Both the position numbers and the translations under genes were made by a program. This document shows positions 1 to 13,729 of a stretch of DNA of 64,000 bases, in pieces (position 1 is the first letter of the stretch; every line of letters begins with the position of its first letter). Source of the DNA: Prorocentrum cordatum. Its lineage: Eukaryota. The stretch lies in the NCBI GenBank assembly GCA_963575745.1, contig CAUYUJ010000251.1, positions 1 to 64,000 on the forward strand. Direction: 5' to 3'. Below the pieces are notes generated by a model. It did not search any database. It was not told the origin of the DNA and saw nothing but the letters and a program-made list of their open reading frames with translations.

Positions 1-936
1 CGCCGGGGGCGGGGCAGGACATGCCGGGCTCGCCTCGCGGGTGGTTGGCCGACCAGCCCGCGCGGCAGAGCGTGGCCGCCGGCGGCCGCCCTTCGCACCC
101 CACGTCCCCCCCTCCTTGTGCGTGCTCGGGCCCCAAATGACGGCTTGCAGCATTTCGGCTAAGAGCAGCAAATTCTTGTCAGGCCCCAGGACGGGACGCA
201 CGTGCCATGGCAATCTCGCATAGCGCGCCTCCTCGCAAGCGCGCTCTCCCGCTGGGCGCCGGGAAGGTGGGCCGAGTCGACTGGCTCCCCTTTCCAGCAG
301 CGTCTCCACGCAGTGGTCCGACGTCGGCGCGGCCACTCGGAGCCAGCACGCAATCCTCCTGCAGGGGGTCCCCGGAAGTCCCAAGCCTCTCCCCAGAGTT
401 GGTTGATATCTTGACGACTCGTTTCTTGACGGGCCTGGGGCCCGGCGAGGGCCCCAGGAGGCCGAAACCAACCCCCAAAACCTTCCGTCGTGATTCTTCA
501 AGACGCCAGCATGTGTAGGGGGGTGATGTGGAAGCCGAGCGGCAAAGCTCCAGGCTGCGCGCAGGAGCCCCGGAGGCAGCAGCCCTCGCCGCCTCTGCTC
601 CAGGGCGGCTTTGTGACGCCCCGCTGGTGCCGCCTGCGGCGGCGCCCCAGGCCGAGACCGACGCGACGGTTGCGCTCTCCACGGCGCAGGGGGCCCTGGA
701 GCTCTGGGCCCCCCATCCAAGGGGCTGGCTTTTCTCGTGCTCGGACTCGGGCTGAGGCTCGAGCGCCGCCCTGATAATCATGGAGTCTGCTCACAAGTTG
801 CGACGTCCGAACTCTGCCCCCACCAACAGTCGATCCCTCTAAATCGAAGGGCGGCGGGAGCAGGGCTCGGATTTCGCCACGTGCTCGAGGAATTCCGAAC
901 CCTCCCCCCGCCGCCCATCGAGCTGCCCGAGTCGAG

Positions 937-1111
937 AGGCCTCCTAGATAGGGTCCGTGTAGATGGGGTCGGAGGATCACGCTGCATCGCCGATGCATCG
1001 GCGACGTCGGAGTGGGAAAACACGGGCTCCGCATCGAGCCGCATCGTCGATGCATCGGCGATGCGGCGCGATCCTCCGACCCCATCTACTCCGACCCCAT
1101 CTGAGAGGCTT
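937..1111. mobile_element. MITE-like palindromic element with long TIRs
   Basis: AGATGGGGTCGGAGGATCACGCTGCATCGCCGATGCATCG (961-1000) is the near-perfect reverse complement of the 40 nt ending at 1087. The ~15-nt motif CCGACCCCATCT is tandemly doubled near each end. Related ends occur at ~1850-1925 and ~48030-48172. Confidence 0.7.
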
Positions 1112-1280
1112 AGGGATCGGCGAGGGTGGGGTTCGGATCTCGCCCCCAATGCTCCATGGACGGGGAGTCCATTGCGCATCGGCCCGCTGCCCTCGGCCCG
1201 CGCGCGCTAGTCTGGCGGCGCCCGCGGCTGGCGGCCCCTGGCCCCCCGCCGCGGGCGCCGCCGCCCTCGGAAGGGGGGGG

Positions 1281-1450
1281 ATGAGGCGGAGGGAGGATGA
1301 GGATGAGGATGAGGATGAGGATGAGATGAGGATGAGGATGTGAGGATGATGAGGAGGAGAGAGGAGGAAGGAGGAGGAGGAGGAGGAGGGGGAGGAGGAG
1401 GAGGAGGAGGAGAAGGAGGAGGAGGAGGAGGAGGAGGAAGAGGAGGAGGA
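1281..1450. repeat. (GATGAG)n/(GGA)n microsatellite
   Basis: Directly visible simple repeat. Confidence 0.95.
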
Positions 1451-1614
1451 GTCTGCCTGATCGCTGCCAGAAGCCGGCTCGCTCCGAGGCCGCTCCCCTG
1501 CGCCACGTCTACTCCGCGCGAGCGCGGCGCTCGTCTGCCGCTTCCATTGCCCCCCTCCCTGCGCGGTGCTGGAGGCAGCCGCCAGTAGGCATCCTCCTCT
1601 GCGGCGCTGCTGCA

Positions 1615-1925
1615 CGGATGCATCGGCGACGTCGGCGATGCATCGGCGACGCCGGCGTGGAGCAAACCGCCGGGCCCCAGTAAGACGAAACCAGGACGAA
1701 AATGAAATCCAGCGCTGAGATCCCGCGGCTCTGGAGGATGTCTGGGGCGTTGCGCGGACTTCTCCAATCGTTCTGGAACGCTCTGAAAGCGTTCCAGAAC
1801 TCTCTGGAACGGAGGTATCCTCGTCCTAACCCCGTCCAATCCACATCGGGCCGCATCGCCGATGCATCGCCGATGTGGCGGGGTCGTCCGACCCCATCTG
1901 CTCGGACCCCCTTTTGGGAGGCCTA
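1615..1925. repeat. Partial copy of the GCATCGCCGATGCATCGG / CCGACCCCATCT element family
   Basis: Same motifs as 937-1111, including the doubled terminal motif followed by GGGAGGCCT. Confidence 0.55.
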
Positions 1926-2457
1926 GATTCGCGCGGCGCAGCCATGCCAGCTTTCTGAAGGCCGGCCCCCATGCAGGCCTCTTCAGGAGCGCGTTCTGGC
2001 GAGGCCGTTGTGAAGCCGACGACGAAGGCGACGATGTCGACATCCTATATCGGCGAGGCCGATGACGCGGACGACGGCGGCGACGTCGGCGAAGCTGTCG
2101 AAAACAAGTCGACGACAGGTCAACGTTGGTCGTTGAAGTCAAGATCCGAAAACGGCCTATAACAGTGGTAACCGGGGCATTCCAACAACCCGCAAAACTC
2201 ACAAGGCGTCCAGAGTCAAAGTCTTAGTTCGCATATTTGAACCAACCCAAGATAGGAAGCGATATGCCTCTCGGGGCCTCGGTTGCACCCAGGTGCGCGA
2301 AGAGCGCCAAGGGAGGGCCCATGGAAGGGCATTTAGAGCATCGGGCCCCTTCCGAAACCAACGTGGATCTTAACCGACTGCCCCAGATAGGAATCCCTGG
2401 GAGATAAGAAAGTTCGGGGGTCTGGCGGGGATAATCAAAGATTTCCCCGGCGAGAGT

Positions 2458-2535
2458 GATGTTATGATGATGCTGATGATGATGATGATGCTGATGATGA
2501 TGATGATGATGATGATGGTGGCGGTGGCGATGATG
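2458..2535. repeat. (GAT)n microsatellite
   Basis: Directly visible. Confidence 0.95.
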
Positions 2536-2609
2536 ACCCTGGGCGCTCGTGCAACCTGGCCTTGTAGATCTTGACGCGAGACTGACTCGAGAGATCTCGA
2601 GGCTCGCGG

Positions 2610-5600
2610 CTACAACATGCCCGCGCAAGAGAGGTCCTTGGCGTTCCTAGCCAAAAAACCTCTCTCGCGTACGACTTCGCACCGCTCGCTCATGCAGGCG
2701 CGGCATTCTTTGGAGCCGTCCTTGCGCGGGGGGCGCTCGGTGTAGGCCTGAGCGGCAGCGCTTGCCTCCTCGTTGGTGGCATGCTGCGGCTCGACCGCCC
2801 CGGGGTCCTTGAAGGGCGTGAGCTTGGCCTTGCTCTTGGCCTTGGCCTTGGCCCTGGCACTTCCCTTGGCAGAGTCGTTGTCGCTGGCCTCCTTGAGCTG
2901 GTTGATCCACTCGTTGTCTCGGGCGCGCATCGCGCTTGTGCTCGCGGGCGCTTGGCGGCCCTCGCCTCGGATCTCGCGCGGGGCGCGCTCGATCCAGCGA
3001 CTCGCCCACAGGCCGCAGGACCGGGCGTCGGCCTGGAAAATCTCGCTGCTCCTCGCAGGGCAGGTCTCGCCAGGGCCAATGGCGCCGAGCTCGCGGAGGA
3101 TCTCTGATGCGGCCCCGGGGGGCCACGTGCGAACCTTACCCGCGATTTCTGAAGGGGGTGGGGTTCACTTCGTTCGGCAGCTCACGAACAAAGTGAACCC
3201 GACCTCCCCCCTCAGAAATCGCGGGGTGTAGGTGTGTGTTCGCATGTGGCCCTTTAGGCCTGCTCGGCATTCTCGGGCGACTGCTTGAGGGCGCCGCGGT
3301 GCTCCGCCGCGACGCCCCCGCCGATCCTCGAGACCTTGGCGGGCGTTGCCACAGGTGCCCCCTGCCCAGGGTGCCTCCAGGATTCGCTCCAAAACGGAGC
3401 GAACAACTGGGGGCGCCCTGGGGCGCGGGCAAGCGTAGCAACCGCCGACCTCGAGGTTGGCGTGGCGCGCGGGCGCCTCGGAGTGCACGCAGATCAGGTC
3501 GTGCTCGGCCCAGTGGACTCTCTCGGCCCAGCGCTTCTGCTCCTCGGGCAGCTGGGCGGGGGTTTAGTCCTCGCCCTGGCCCTCTCGAGCCCAGGCGACG
3601 GCCGCCGCGGGCTCGACCGCCAGAACGGTCTCGGGGACGCCCGCGCGCTCCTCGATCTCACCCAGCAGCGCGCGCGCCGTGCCCGGCTCGAGGGCGTCGC
3701 CCTTGGCGATCTGCTCGCAGTCCATGACCGCGCGCTCCTTGGCGAACTCGGCGCGGCGAACCAGTCTCGTCTGGCGCCAGTCGAGCCTGTGCGGCCCGGG
3801 TAACTTGCAGTCCTGCTCGATCGCGACCTGTGGCGCTTGGGATTCACAAGGGCTCGTCAGCTTCCACTCGCTTCCGCTTCGTGTCGCTTCCGCCGCCAGC
3901 TCTCCGCCAATTTCCACCGTCGCCCCCGCCGTTTCCGCTAGCCTTCGCTAGCTTCCGCCGCCCCAGTCGGAGGCAGGCGGAAGCTATCGAATGCCTGTGA
4001 GCCTCCGAGCCTAGCTGCTTTCGATCTGGAAGATCGCCGCGGTCTCCACCTCGAGGGCGCGCAGGCGGCGCACGTCCTCGGCGCCCAGGACTCGCCGGAC
4101 GTCCTGCGCTCTGCCGCGCCTGCCCTCGTGGACCCCCCCTCGGCGACGCGCGCCACCTTGCCGTGCCGGGGGGGGGGGGGGGCGTCCTCGCAAGCCAGGA
4201 GGCCTGTTTTCTTCGTGGCCTTCGCATGCTTCTTGGCGTGCTTCTCCGCGTGTTTCTTGGCCTTGAACTTCTGAGAGGAGCTCGTCTTGGCCATCGGCGC
4301 CCATCCTGTGAGCTTCGCCTTGGCCGCGCCTCGGCCCAGGTGCTCGAGCGAGGCCTCGCCGCCAGTCTCGGCCATCTTGCGCTGCCACCTGCGCTGCAGC
4401 TTGCCCAAGAACTGGCCCGAGCACTTGGGCGCCCACTTGCGTGCGCTCGTTCGTGCCACCTTGATCCGGTTCTCCAGGGCGTGCGGGAACAGGATTTCCA
4501 TGGCCCGCTCTTTTCTGGCGTTCTGAGCATGTCCTTCTGCTCGTCGGTGAGCTCGAGGTCCAGTTCTCGGAGCTCCAGGAGCCAGGGGGCAGGGGTTCTC
4601 GTCCTGCTCGCGGTCCCCGGGCAAGTCGTCGAGGTGGAAGCAGTTCCTGTCGAGGGCGCCCCACTCGGGCACGGGCGGCGCGCCCTCTGGCCACCTCTGC
4701 ATGCCCCCCAGGCGCTCGCTCGCCAGGCTCTGCTCGATGCCGCGGCCGGGCTCGATGGAGTAGCCCCGCGGCTCCATGCCCGTGGCGACCTTGAGCTCGC
4801 CCTGCTCTGTCGGCCGGACCGCGAGCATGTGGTTCGCTCGCAGCCCTTGGAGCGGCGCCGCGTCTTTGTTCTTCTCGCGGAAGCGGGCGTGGGCCTCGGA
4901 GACGCAGTGGAGGCACTCGTGGGGCCCCCATTGGGTCGGGAACTGGTACTGCTTCTGGGGCTCGGCCTTGGCCTTCTGGATCCAGTCCTGCTCCATGGCC
5001 CAGTGCATCTCGGCCTGGACCTCTCGGATCATGGCCTTGGGCCGGCCGTGCTCGTGGGTGTCCGGCTCCTGCGAGAAGCTCGTGGCGTCGGGGGCCATGG
5101 GCGCGCGGGCCACGTGCTGGAACCACGCTCGGAGCGCCACTGCCTCGGTCCACCGGCTCGAGAGGCAGTCTGCGAACGCGTGGCTCTGGCCGTGCTGCTG
5201 CTTGATGAAGCCGATGGTGCAGGGGGCGACGAGCTCGCCCGTCCAGGTCCAGGGCTGCCCCCGCGCGTCGATGGCCTCGAAGACCCTCGCGCGTTCCTCC
5301 TCGGAGAACTCGAGAAGAGCGTTGCACCAGCCCTTGAGCAATGCTCCTATGGGCTCGCCTGCTCGGAAGCGCCCCGTCTCGCCGTCGCCCCGCTCGTAGG
5401 TGGCGCCGCGCCGCCAGGTGCCCTCCTCGAGGTTCGCGTGGCTCACTCGGCAGTGCCTTGGGCAAGGGGCGTGGACACGCTGCGCTTCCTGGCGGACTTG
5501 GGCCCCCTGCTCGGGTCGAACCAGCCCTCGACTCCGGAGATGTTGATGAAGATGATCCTGTACTTGTCCCCCGCGCTCGAGTAGGCCCGGTCCACTTGCT

Positions 5601-5900
5601 CCTTCTGGTCGCGGTGCTCTGCCAAGCGCTTCGCCTTCTCAGCCTCGAAGGCTGCCTTGTCCTCCTCGGCCTGCGTCTCGCGGTACTTCCAGCGGAGGTT
5701 CTGGGTGCGTCTCTTGGCGTCTGCGGCGTAGATCTCGCCGTCGTGGACGCGAGCGTTCTCCTCGCCCCGGTGCTTGGGCCCGAGCGCGGCGGCGTTGACG
5801 GCGACCGCGCTCGTGCTGGCTCTCCGCTGGGCGAAGGTCTCGGGGTCTCCGACGAAGAGGCCGAGGTCCTCGGAGCGGCCCCACGCAACCAGGTGCACGA
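2610..5900 (-). pseudogene. Decayed DNA-transposon protein: DDE_1/pogo-like transposase region followed by a Ulp1/C48-like protease region and a Cys-rich tail
   Basis: Consecutive GC3-rich minus-strand ORFs broken by stops and frameshifts (5443-5898, 3938-5446, 3564-3917, ~2610-3113). AFADCLSSRW and APDATSFSQEPDTH resemble the DDE_1 motifs (D..SH; P..T..LQP.D). LICVHSEAPARH and FQADARSCGLW resemble the Ulp1 His and Q.N..DCG motifs. Confidence 0.55.
3119..3253. repeat. ~135 bp near-perfect palindrome within an insertion in the protease-like region
   Basis: Nested inverted pairs GGCCACGTGCGAAC/GTTCGCATGTGGCC, CCCGCGATTTCTGA/TCAGAAATCGCGGG, GGGTTCACTT/AAGTGAACCC and GTTCG/CGAAC. Confidence 0.85.
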
Positions 5901-5917
5901 ACCTACTGGAAGTATAC

Positions 5918-7375
<1,458 letters not shown>

Positions 7376-8513
7376 AATTACATGAGTTATCCTGGGAAGT
7401 CGTATGTCTTACAAGTTCTGCTTCCACGACTACTATTACGACGAACACCTACTCTGTCTACTCGTGCAATCTGTCGGCCGTGGCCGGCCTTATCCTTGCT
7501 GAGCGTCGGACGCCTCCCGTCGGAGAGGCGCTGGCCCTTGCGCCCGCTCGCGCGCAGCCTCGGGGCCCTGCCGCACGTTCGTGAGTTGGGAACACTGAAG
7601 CGGTGAGAATCCCATAGCCCTGCCCATCGCTCGTGATTGCGGAAGCTGAAATGGTGAGAGCACCATTGCCATGCTCAGCGGTCTTGAAGCTGATGCTAAT
7701 CAACATGAGATGACAGCAACTTCGATTCGCAACTTCCCCGGGGGATTATCAAATTCGGCCTCCGCGCCCGCTCTACAATTAAATCCACTTGACTTGGGAT
7801 AAAAAAGATAGAAGGGGGTGAAGGGGGGGTATAATTTATCATCCGGGGCAGTGGGTAATCCCAACTGTCTCAGAGGAAGAAACAAACGACACACAGAGAA
7901 ATGTTGGCGCAGGTCCGCGCGGATCTATTCGACCTGCAATGAACCCCCCTCCCTGGCGCGCGGAGCGCGTCAAGCGCGGCCACAGAGGCCCCGCCAAAGG
8001 GGTTCCAGCGCAGGTCCAAGACATCCGCGCGGAGCTCCGACGAGTTCGCCTTCTGCCGTGTTTCTCTCCTTCGACCTTTGGTTGTAAACACCTTTCCCCC
8101 CCCTCCTGTCCCAGGCAGCGCCAGGAGCGGCCACCACTGAGGGGTGTCGCCAAATCCTAGAACAAAAAACGCCATTTCATGTTGAAGATGCCCCCCCCCC
8201 ACCGCACAAAGTACTTCCGACCCCCCCCCGAACTGCCCCGAACGTCCAACAAAATCTCCTCGAGCTTCGATCCCGGAGCCTGGATCCTCGGGAGGAACTG
8301 GTGGCCCCCTAGGCCTGCGGCACGAATCTGTCGCTACCCCTGACCACCCCCCGCCCTGATGATCTGGCGCTCTGACTGGCACCTCCTCCCCCTCCTCCCC
8401 CTCCTCCTCCTCCTCCTCCTCCTGCACCTCCTCCTCGTCCTCCAGCTCCTCCTCCTCCTCCTTTTCCTCCTCCTCCTCCTCCTCTTCCCTCCCCGCCCGA
8501 GGCCCGCCGGGAC

Positions 8514-8574
8514 CTTAGACAGCTTGTCGAAGACGTTCACCAGCACCAGCACCGCAACGTAAGTGGCGTACGAC
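8514..8574 (-). CDS. Possible isolated 61-nt exon (SYATYVAVLVLVNVFDKLSK), hydrophobic, gene unknown
   Basis: On the minus strand it is bounded by a TAG|G acceptor and an AAG|GT donor, with GC3-biased codons, and sits between repeats. No partner exons identified. Confidence 0.3.
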
Positions 8575-8700
8575 CTATCCGAGGGGGCGCTGGGCCCGGG
8601 CAAAGGAGGGACGACAAGAGGCCTCACAAAGTCAGAGGGGCCAAGGGGCACACACAAATAAATCGACAGGAACCCCAGGATTCCCAAACAAGTCCTATAT

Positions 8701-10416
8701 TTCCCAACCATCCTGTGGTGTTGGGTCCTCGTTTTGAAGAGACAGCGCCCCGCGTCCCACCTCCTCTCCTCCTCCTCTTCTCCTCCTCCCCCTGGCTGCC
8801 GTCCGCATGCGTCCCGCACACCCATTTCGGCACACCCCTCACACGTTTCGTGGCCCCACAGGGAGCTCCACCGAAGGCCCCAGTGCTGCCGTCCGCATGC
8901 GTCCCGCACACCCATTTCGGCACACCCCTCACACGTTTCGTGGCCCCATAGGGAGCTCCACCGAAGGCCCCATGGCTGCCGTCCGCATGCGTCCCGCACA
9001 CCCATTTCGGCACACCCCTCACACGTTTCGTGGCCCCATAGGGAGCTCCACCGAAGGCCCCAGTGCTGCCGTCCGCATGCGTCCCGCACACCCATTTCGG
9101 CACACCCCTCACACGTTTCGTGGCCCCACAGGGAGCTCCACCGAAGGCCCCAGTGCTGCCCGCATGCGTCCCGCACACCCATTTCGGCACACCCCTCACA
9201 CGTTTCGTGGCCCCATAGGGAGCTCCACCGAAGGCCCCATGGCTGCCGTCCGCATGCGTCCCGCACACCCATTTCGGCACACCCCTCACACGTTTCGTGG
9301 CCCCACAGGGAGCTCCACCGAAGGCCCCACCCGCATGCGTCCCGCACACCCATTTCGGCACACCCCTCACACCACCGAAGGCCCCATGGCTGCCGTCCGC
9401 ATGCGTCCCGCACACCCATTTCGGCACACCCCTCACACGTTTCGTGGCCCCATAGGGAGCTCCACCGAAGGCCCCAGTGCTGCCGTCCGCATGCGTCCCG
9501 CTGCACCCCTCACACACTCCACTGCTATGCGTCCCGCACACCCATTTCGGCACACCCCTCACACGTTTCGTGGCCCCATAGGGAGCTCCACCGAAGGCCC
9601 CATGGCTGCCGTCCGCATGCGTCCCGCACACCCATTTCGGCACACCCCTCACACGTTTCGTGTTTCGTGGCCCCACAGGGAGCTCCACCGAAGGCCCCAG
9701 TGCTGCCGTCCGCATGCGTCCCGCACACCCATTTCGGCACACCCCTCACACGTTTCGTGGCCCCATAGGGAGCTCCACCGAAGGCCCCAGTGCTGCCGTC
9801 CGCATGCGTCCCGCACACCCATTTCGGCACACCCCTCACACGTTTCGTGGCCCCATAGGGAGCTCCACCGAAGGCCCCATGGCTGCCGTCCGCATGCGTC
9901 CCGCACACCCATTTCGGCACACCCCTCACACGTTTCGTGGCCCCACAGGGAGCTCCACCGAAGGCCCCAGTGCTGCCGTCCGCATGCGTCCCGCACACCA
10001 GGTGTGTGGCGTGCCGACATGGGCGTCGCGGCGCGCGGGCGCTGCCGTCGGGGTTCCCAGGGAAGCCCCCTGCAGAGGCGACGCTCAGAGTCACGAGTAC
10101 CGAGAGTCACGCAGACCCAAACTGTTCACAGTCGTATACATACATTTACACTGGGCGTATCCATGCACGCATTCATGCGAATAGAATCAATCGCGCGCAG
10201 ATTCATTCATAATCAGACTCGCTCGCGATCCGACTCGCACGCGCTCAAGCTTTCATATTCGGACCTATCGTCTTCGTTCGTGTTGTGTACACTGCCACGC
10301 ATTTCGGCACACCCCTCATACGGCTCGTGGCCCCATAGGGAGCGCCACCGAAGAAGATATTCACAATTGCGGTACTCTCAACTGCATATGGTTGGGTCCT
10401 TCGCCAGGCTAATTTC
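8701..10416 (+). mobile_element. Non-autonomous tandem-array element (Helentron/DINE-1-like), copy 1, 90-bp central array
   Basis: Head TTCCCAACCATCCTGTGGTGTTGGGTCCTCGTTTTGAAGAGACAGCGCCCCGCGT, then a CCT-rich tract, ~13 units of 90 bp (8795-9998), and tail CAACTGCATATGGTTGGGTCCTTCGCCAGG. Confidence 0.8.
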
Positions 10417-10629
10417 TGGTAATTCGTTTTCCCCCACTTCCAATATTTCCTTATATTTCCTGTGAGTCGACGATTAATAGTGTCTGTGTGTTTTTCCTCC
10501 TCTCGCAGAATGCAGGGGCCGCAGATTCCAAACCAGAACGCCCTACTCGAGGTCATGAATGATCGCGGCAACTCCCCAGACATCGGGCGTCTCGAACAAC
10601 AGCCGAGACGGAGGTTTTTCCTACTGCGC

Positions 10630-10740
10630 CTTGGGACCGTCAACAGAACGACTCAGGATGAAACCGATCGGTCCCGGGGAAGGGGTCGAGACCTCTGGGA
10701 GTCGACGTTGTGAAGCACTCACGACGTCGGGGGTCTGGGC
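10630..10740 (+). repeat. Dispersed repeat family ending GTCGACGTTGTGAA...CA(C/T)GACGTCGGGGGTCTG
   Basis: Similar copies at ~47900-48025 (+), ~50370-50498 (+), ~46832-46900 (-), ~51138-51190 (-), and a partial copy at ~59335-59390. Confidence 0.65.
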
Positions 10741-11539
10741 TCGAGGCCTGAAGCGATCGCGGCAACCGCGAGTCAACGGGCTCCACTTCTCCCGGCGGGT
10801 GGCGCACCAGAGCCGCCAGCGCCCAGGCGAGGGCTTCCCAACTTTCCAGCGGACGGGACGGGGGCTCCAAGGCACTCCGCCGACCTCACTGGCTTGGGCG
10901 GAAGGGAGGAGGGAAGAGGGCTGAGGGAAGCCAGCGGAAACCAGAAGGAATCCATATTAGAAACCCCCCTGGCGTCCCCAGGGAGATGCTACGACACCCC
11001 GAAGACTGCCAAAGAAATCAGGAGAGGAGGACATCCTCAAGATCTCTGAGGACATCTGGAGGATATCCTCAGGATAAGCTGAGGGATAGACTAGACTCGC
11101 CGCATGGGAAAGCATGGGCCCACAGCAACAAGACACTGGTCTGCTCTACTCGTCACGTGGCAACGCATGGGGTGCAGAACAAATGGCCGATTCCGCCGCC
11201 CTCGTTTTACTTCCGCCGCCTTTCGCCGAGGAAGAGATGACAACTCCCTCTATGCTCGAAGGCGAGGCCTTTTTGCGCGAACTCCACGATGGGGACCCGC
11301 CAGGCGGTCCACCAAGTCACCAGCATTCGGATAGGACCGACCAAGCTGGCCTGCGAGACTGCGGCGTGAGACATCGCGCGATCGCCCTGCTTCAAAGTCT
11401 TCTAAGTCACCGCAGAGGGCTATCCAGATCCAGAGGCTAGCAGCAGCGTTCGCCCAGGGCGGGGTGCGGCGCCGTTGGGCAAACGATGAAGGCAATTCCA
11501 CCAGCCCTTCAGAGCGTCAGTGGTTTACAGAGTTTCCTA

Positions 11540-11850
11540 TTGCAACCCCCCTTCTTCCCCCTTCGGGGAAGGGTTTAGCACGGCTCATTAATGAACACCC
11601 CCTCCCCCGCCCGCCCGGCAGCCAACCCAGACCCATGAGGGCACCCATGACAACCCCCTACCATCCCTATCAAACAAGTGCACAGCCTCCCAACCATTTA
11701 GGGCTCTAGCGCGTTTCCTCTTTCAACCCCGATTCTTCCCCTTTGGGGAAAAACTTATCACTGTTCCCTAGTATTAAACACCCGCTCCCCCAGGCGACCA
11801 GCGGCAACTAGGACCTAGGACCATGACCCCCCCCTTCCCTGTCAACAGAA
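11540..11850 (+). repeat. Two tandem copies of a dispersed ~130 bp module (TTCCCCCTTCGGGGAA...AAACACCC...CCATGAC...CCCTGTCAA)
   Basis: Copies at 11540-11670 and 11715-11845; another at ~59540-59665. Confidence 0.65.
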
Positions 11851-11917
11851 CATAAAAACACACACTCTGGGGCAGAATCTTGGGTCACGCTCGTGGCCCC
11901 CGCGAGCACTTTGTATT

Positions 11918-12575
11918 GTTCCCAACCGTCCTGTGGTGTTGGGTCCTCGTTTTGAAAGGACAGCGCCCCGCGTCTCTCCTCTCCTCCTCTCGTCCTCTCC
12001 TGCTCCTCCCCCTCCTCCCTCCTCCGATCCCTGCCTCTGCCCTCCGCATGTCAACCATTTCGGCACACCCCTCACACCCTTCGTGGCCCCATAGGGAGCT
12101 CCACCGACGGCCCCAGTGGCTGCGTTTGCATGCAGTTCCACCCCCATTTCAGCACACCTCTCACGCGTTTCGTGGCCCCATAGGGAGCTCCACCGAAGGC
12201 CCCAGTGGCTGCGTTCGCATGCGGTTCCGCCGCCATTTCGGCACACCCCTCACACGTTCCGTGGCCCCATAGGGAGCTCCACCAGAGGCCCCAGTGGCTG
12301 CGTTCGCATGCGGTTCCACCGCCATTTCGGCACACCCCTCACACGTTTCGCGGCCCCGAAGTGAGCCCCACCTAAGACCCGAGCGGCTGCGTTCGCGTGC
12401 GGGTCCACCCCAATTTCGGCACACCCCTCACACGTTTCGTGGCCCCAGAGGGAGCTCTACCGAAGGCCTCAGTGGCTGCGTTCGCATGTGGCTCGGGAGC
12501 TCCACCGAAAGAGATAATCACAACTCCGGTACTCACAACTGCATATGGTTGGGCCCTTTGCCAGGATATGTTTTC
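11918..12575 (+). mobile_element. Tandem-array element copy 2, ~89-bp array
   Basis: Same head at 11919, CT-rich tract, ~5 units, and tail CACAACTGCATATGGTTGGGCCCTTTGCCAGG ending 12565. Confidence 0.8.
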
Positions 12576-13289
12576 ACTGTGACGATGGGGATGCCCTCAT
12601 ATCATATCGCCTGTTTTACGGAAGGCCACCATCCCTGTCAAGAGAAAACAAGCAACATGCACTTCGCGGCAAAAGATGCATCATGCGCGGCCACCCTGCG
12701 ATTACTTGTGAGCGTTTTTTTATTCGACGTTTCGGCATTTGGCGGAAAGAGGGGGAGGGGGGGGGTCTGGCTCCAGACCTCTGCTTAGCGCGGCTGTTTG
12801 TAACAGTGCGTCCCATGGGGGAGACTCCACCTGCTCGAAACAGGCGCCCAAAACAGCCAAGACCTACTCCATGAGAGGGGGGGTGCAAGGGCCCGCGCCA
12901 ATCGGCAAAACACTGAATAAAAAACGACCGCCTTCCCATGGGTGTTTGACACGGACCGCGGGGGTGCTGGCCCACCAGGCACCATGATGGCCTCCTCGCC
13001 GCGATTGTGAACTGGTTTTCGACAAGGATGGTGGGGGCCGATATGTTTCCCGATGTGTGCTGTCACGTGCTCGGGCGCCCTTGGCACACTCCGCGCGTGC
13101 CCCAAACGTGGAGCACCTGGCGGCCTGGCGCGGCTGGACCATGCGGCACACATGGCGCACGTGGAGCATGTGGCGCATCTGGCGCGCGAGGTGTGCCTGG
13201 CACGCCTGGGCCCCAGGGGTGCCTGGCGCAACTGGATCGCCCAGCACGCGTGGCGCACCTTGCCCCATCGTGCACATGGGGTCCGTATT

Positions 13290-13590
13290 GGTTCCCAGTA
13301 GCTGCCCATGCATACACGACTGGTGAACATGCTGAGGCCTGGGTGCTACTTAAGTGTTGGGAGGGCGGGTGGGAGTGAGCGAGACAGCTTGCGGGCGCAC
13401 CTCTCCCCAGCTCGAGCACATGGGGTCGGTTTTGGTTCCCAGTAGCTGTCCATCCAAAGACGACCGCTGAACATGCTCAGGCTCGGGTGTTACTTATGTG
13501 TTGGGAGGGCGGGTGGGAGTGAGCTAGACGGCTTGCTATCTAGGGGGAGTCTTGACCCCTCCCCCTCCTCCTGGACCTGGACGGGAGGTT
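13290..13590 (+). repeat. Duplicated dispersed module CCCAGTAGCTG...GTGTTGGGAGGGCGGGTGGGAGTGAGC
   Basis: Copies at 13290-13400, 13432-13585 and ~60085-60250. Confidence 0.75.
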
Positions 13591-13729
13591 TCGCGAGGGG
13601 TTGGAGCGTCCAAAATGGCCTCGGCGAAGAAGCCACAATCATTGATTTTACTACCGTGTTGGCTACATTCTGGCTTCCGAGGGGGGGGCGTAATTGGAGC
13701 CTCCCTCTTATTTGATCGATCTCCTCCTA

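Noticed and set aside
8795..9998. CRISPR array
   Set aside because: Whole units repeat with no unique spacers, there are no cas genes, and the context is eukaryotic. The same applies to the other arrays.
8334..10465. Long repeat-protein ORFs on both strands
   Set aside because: They result from a stop-poor 90-bp unit open in several frames, with no independent coding evidence.
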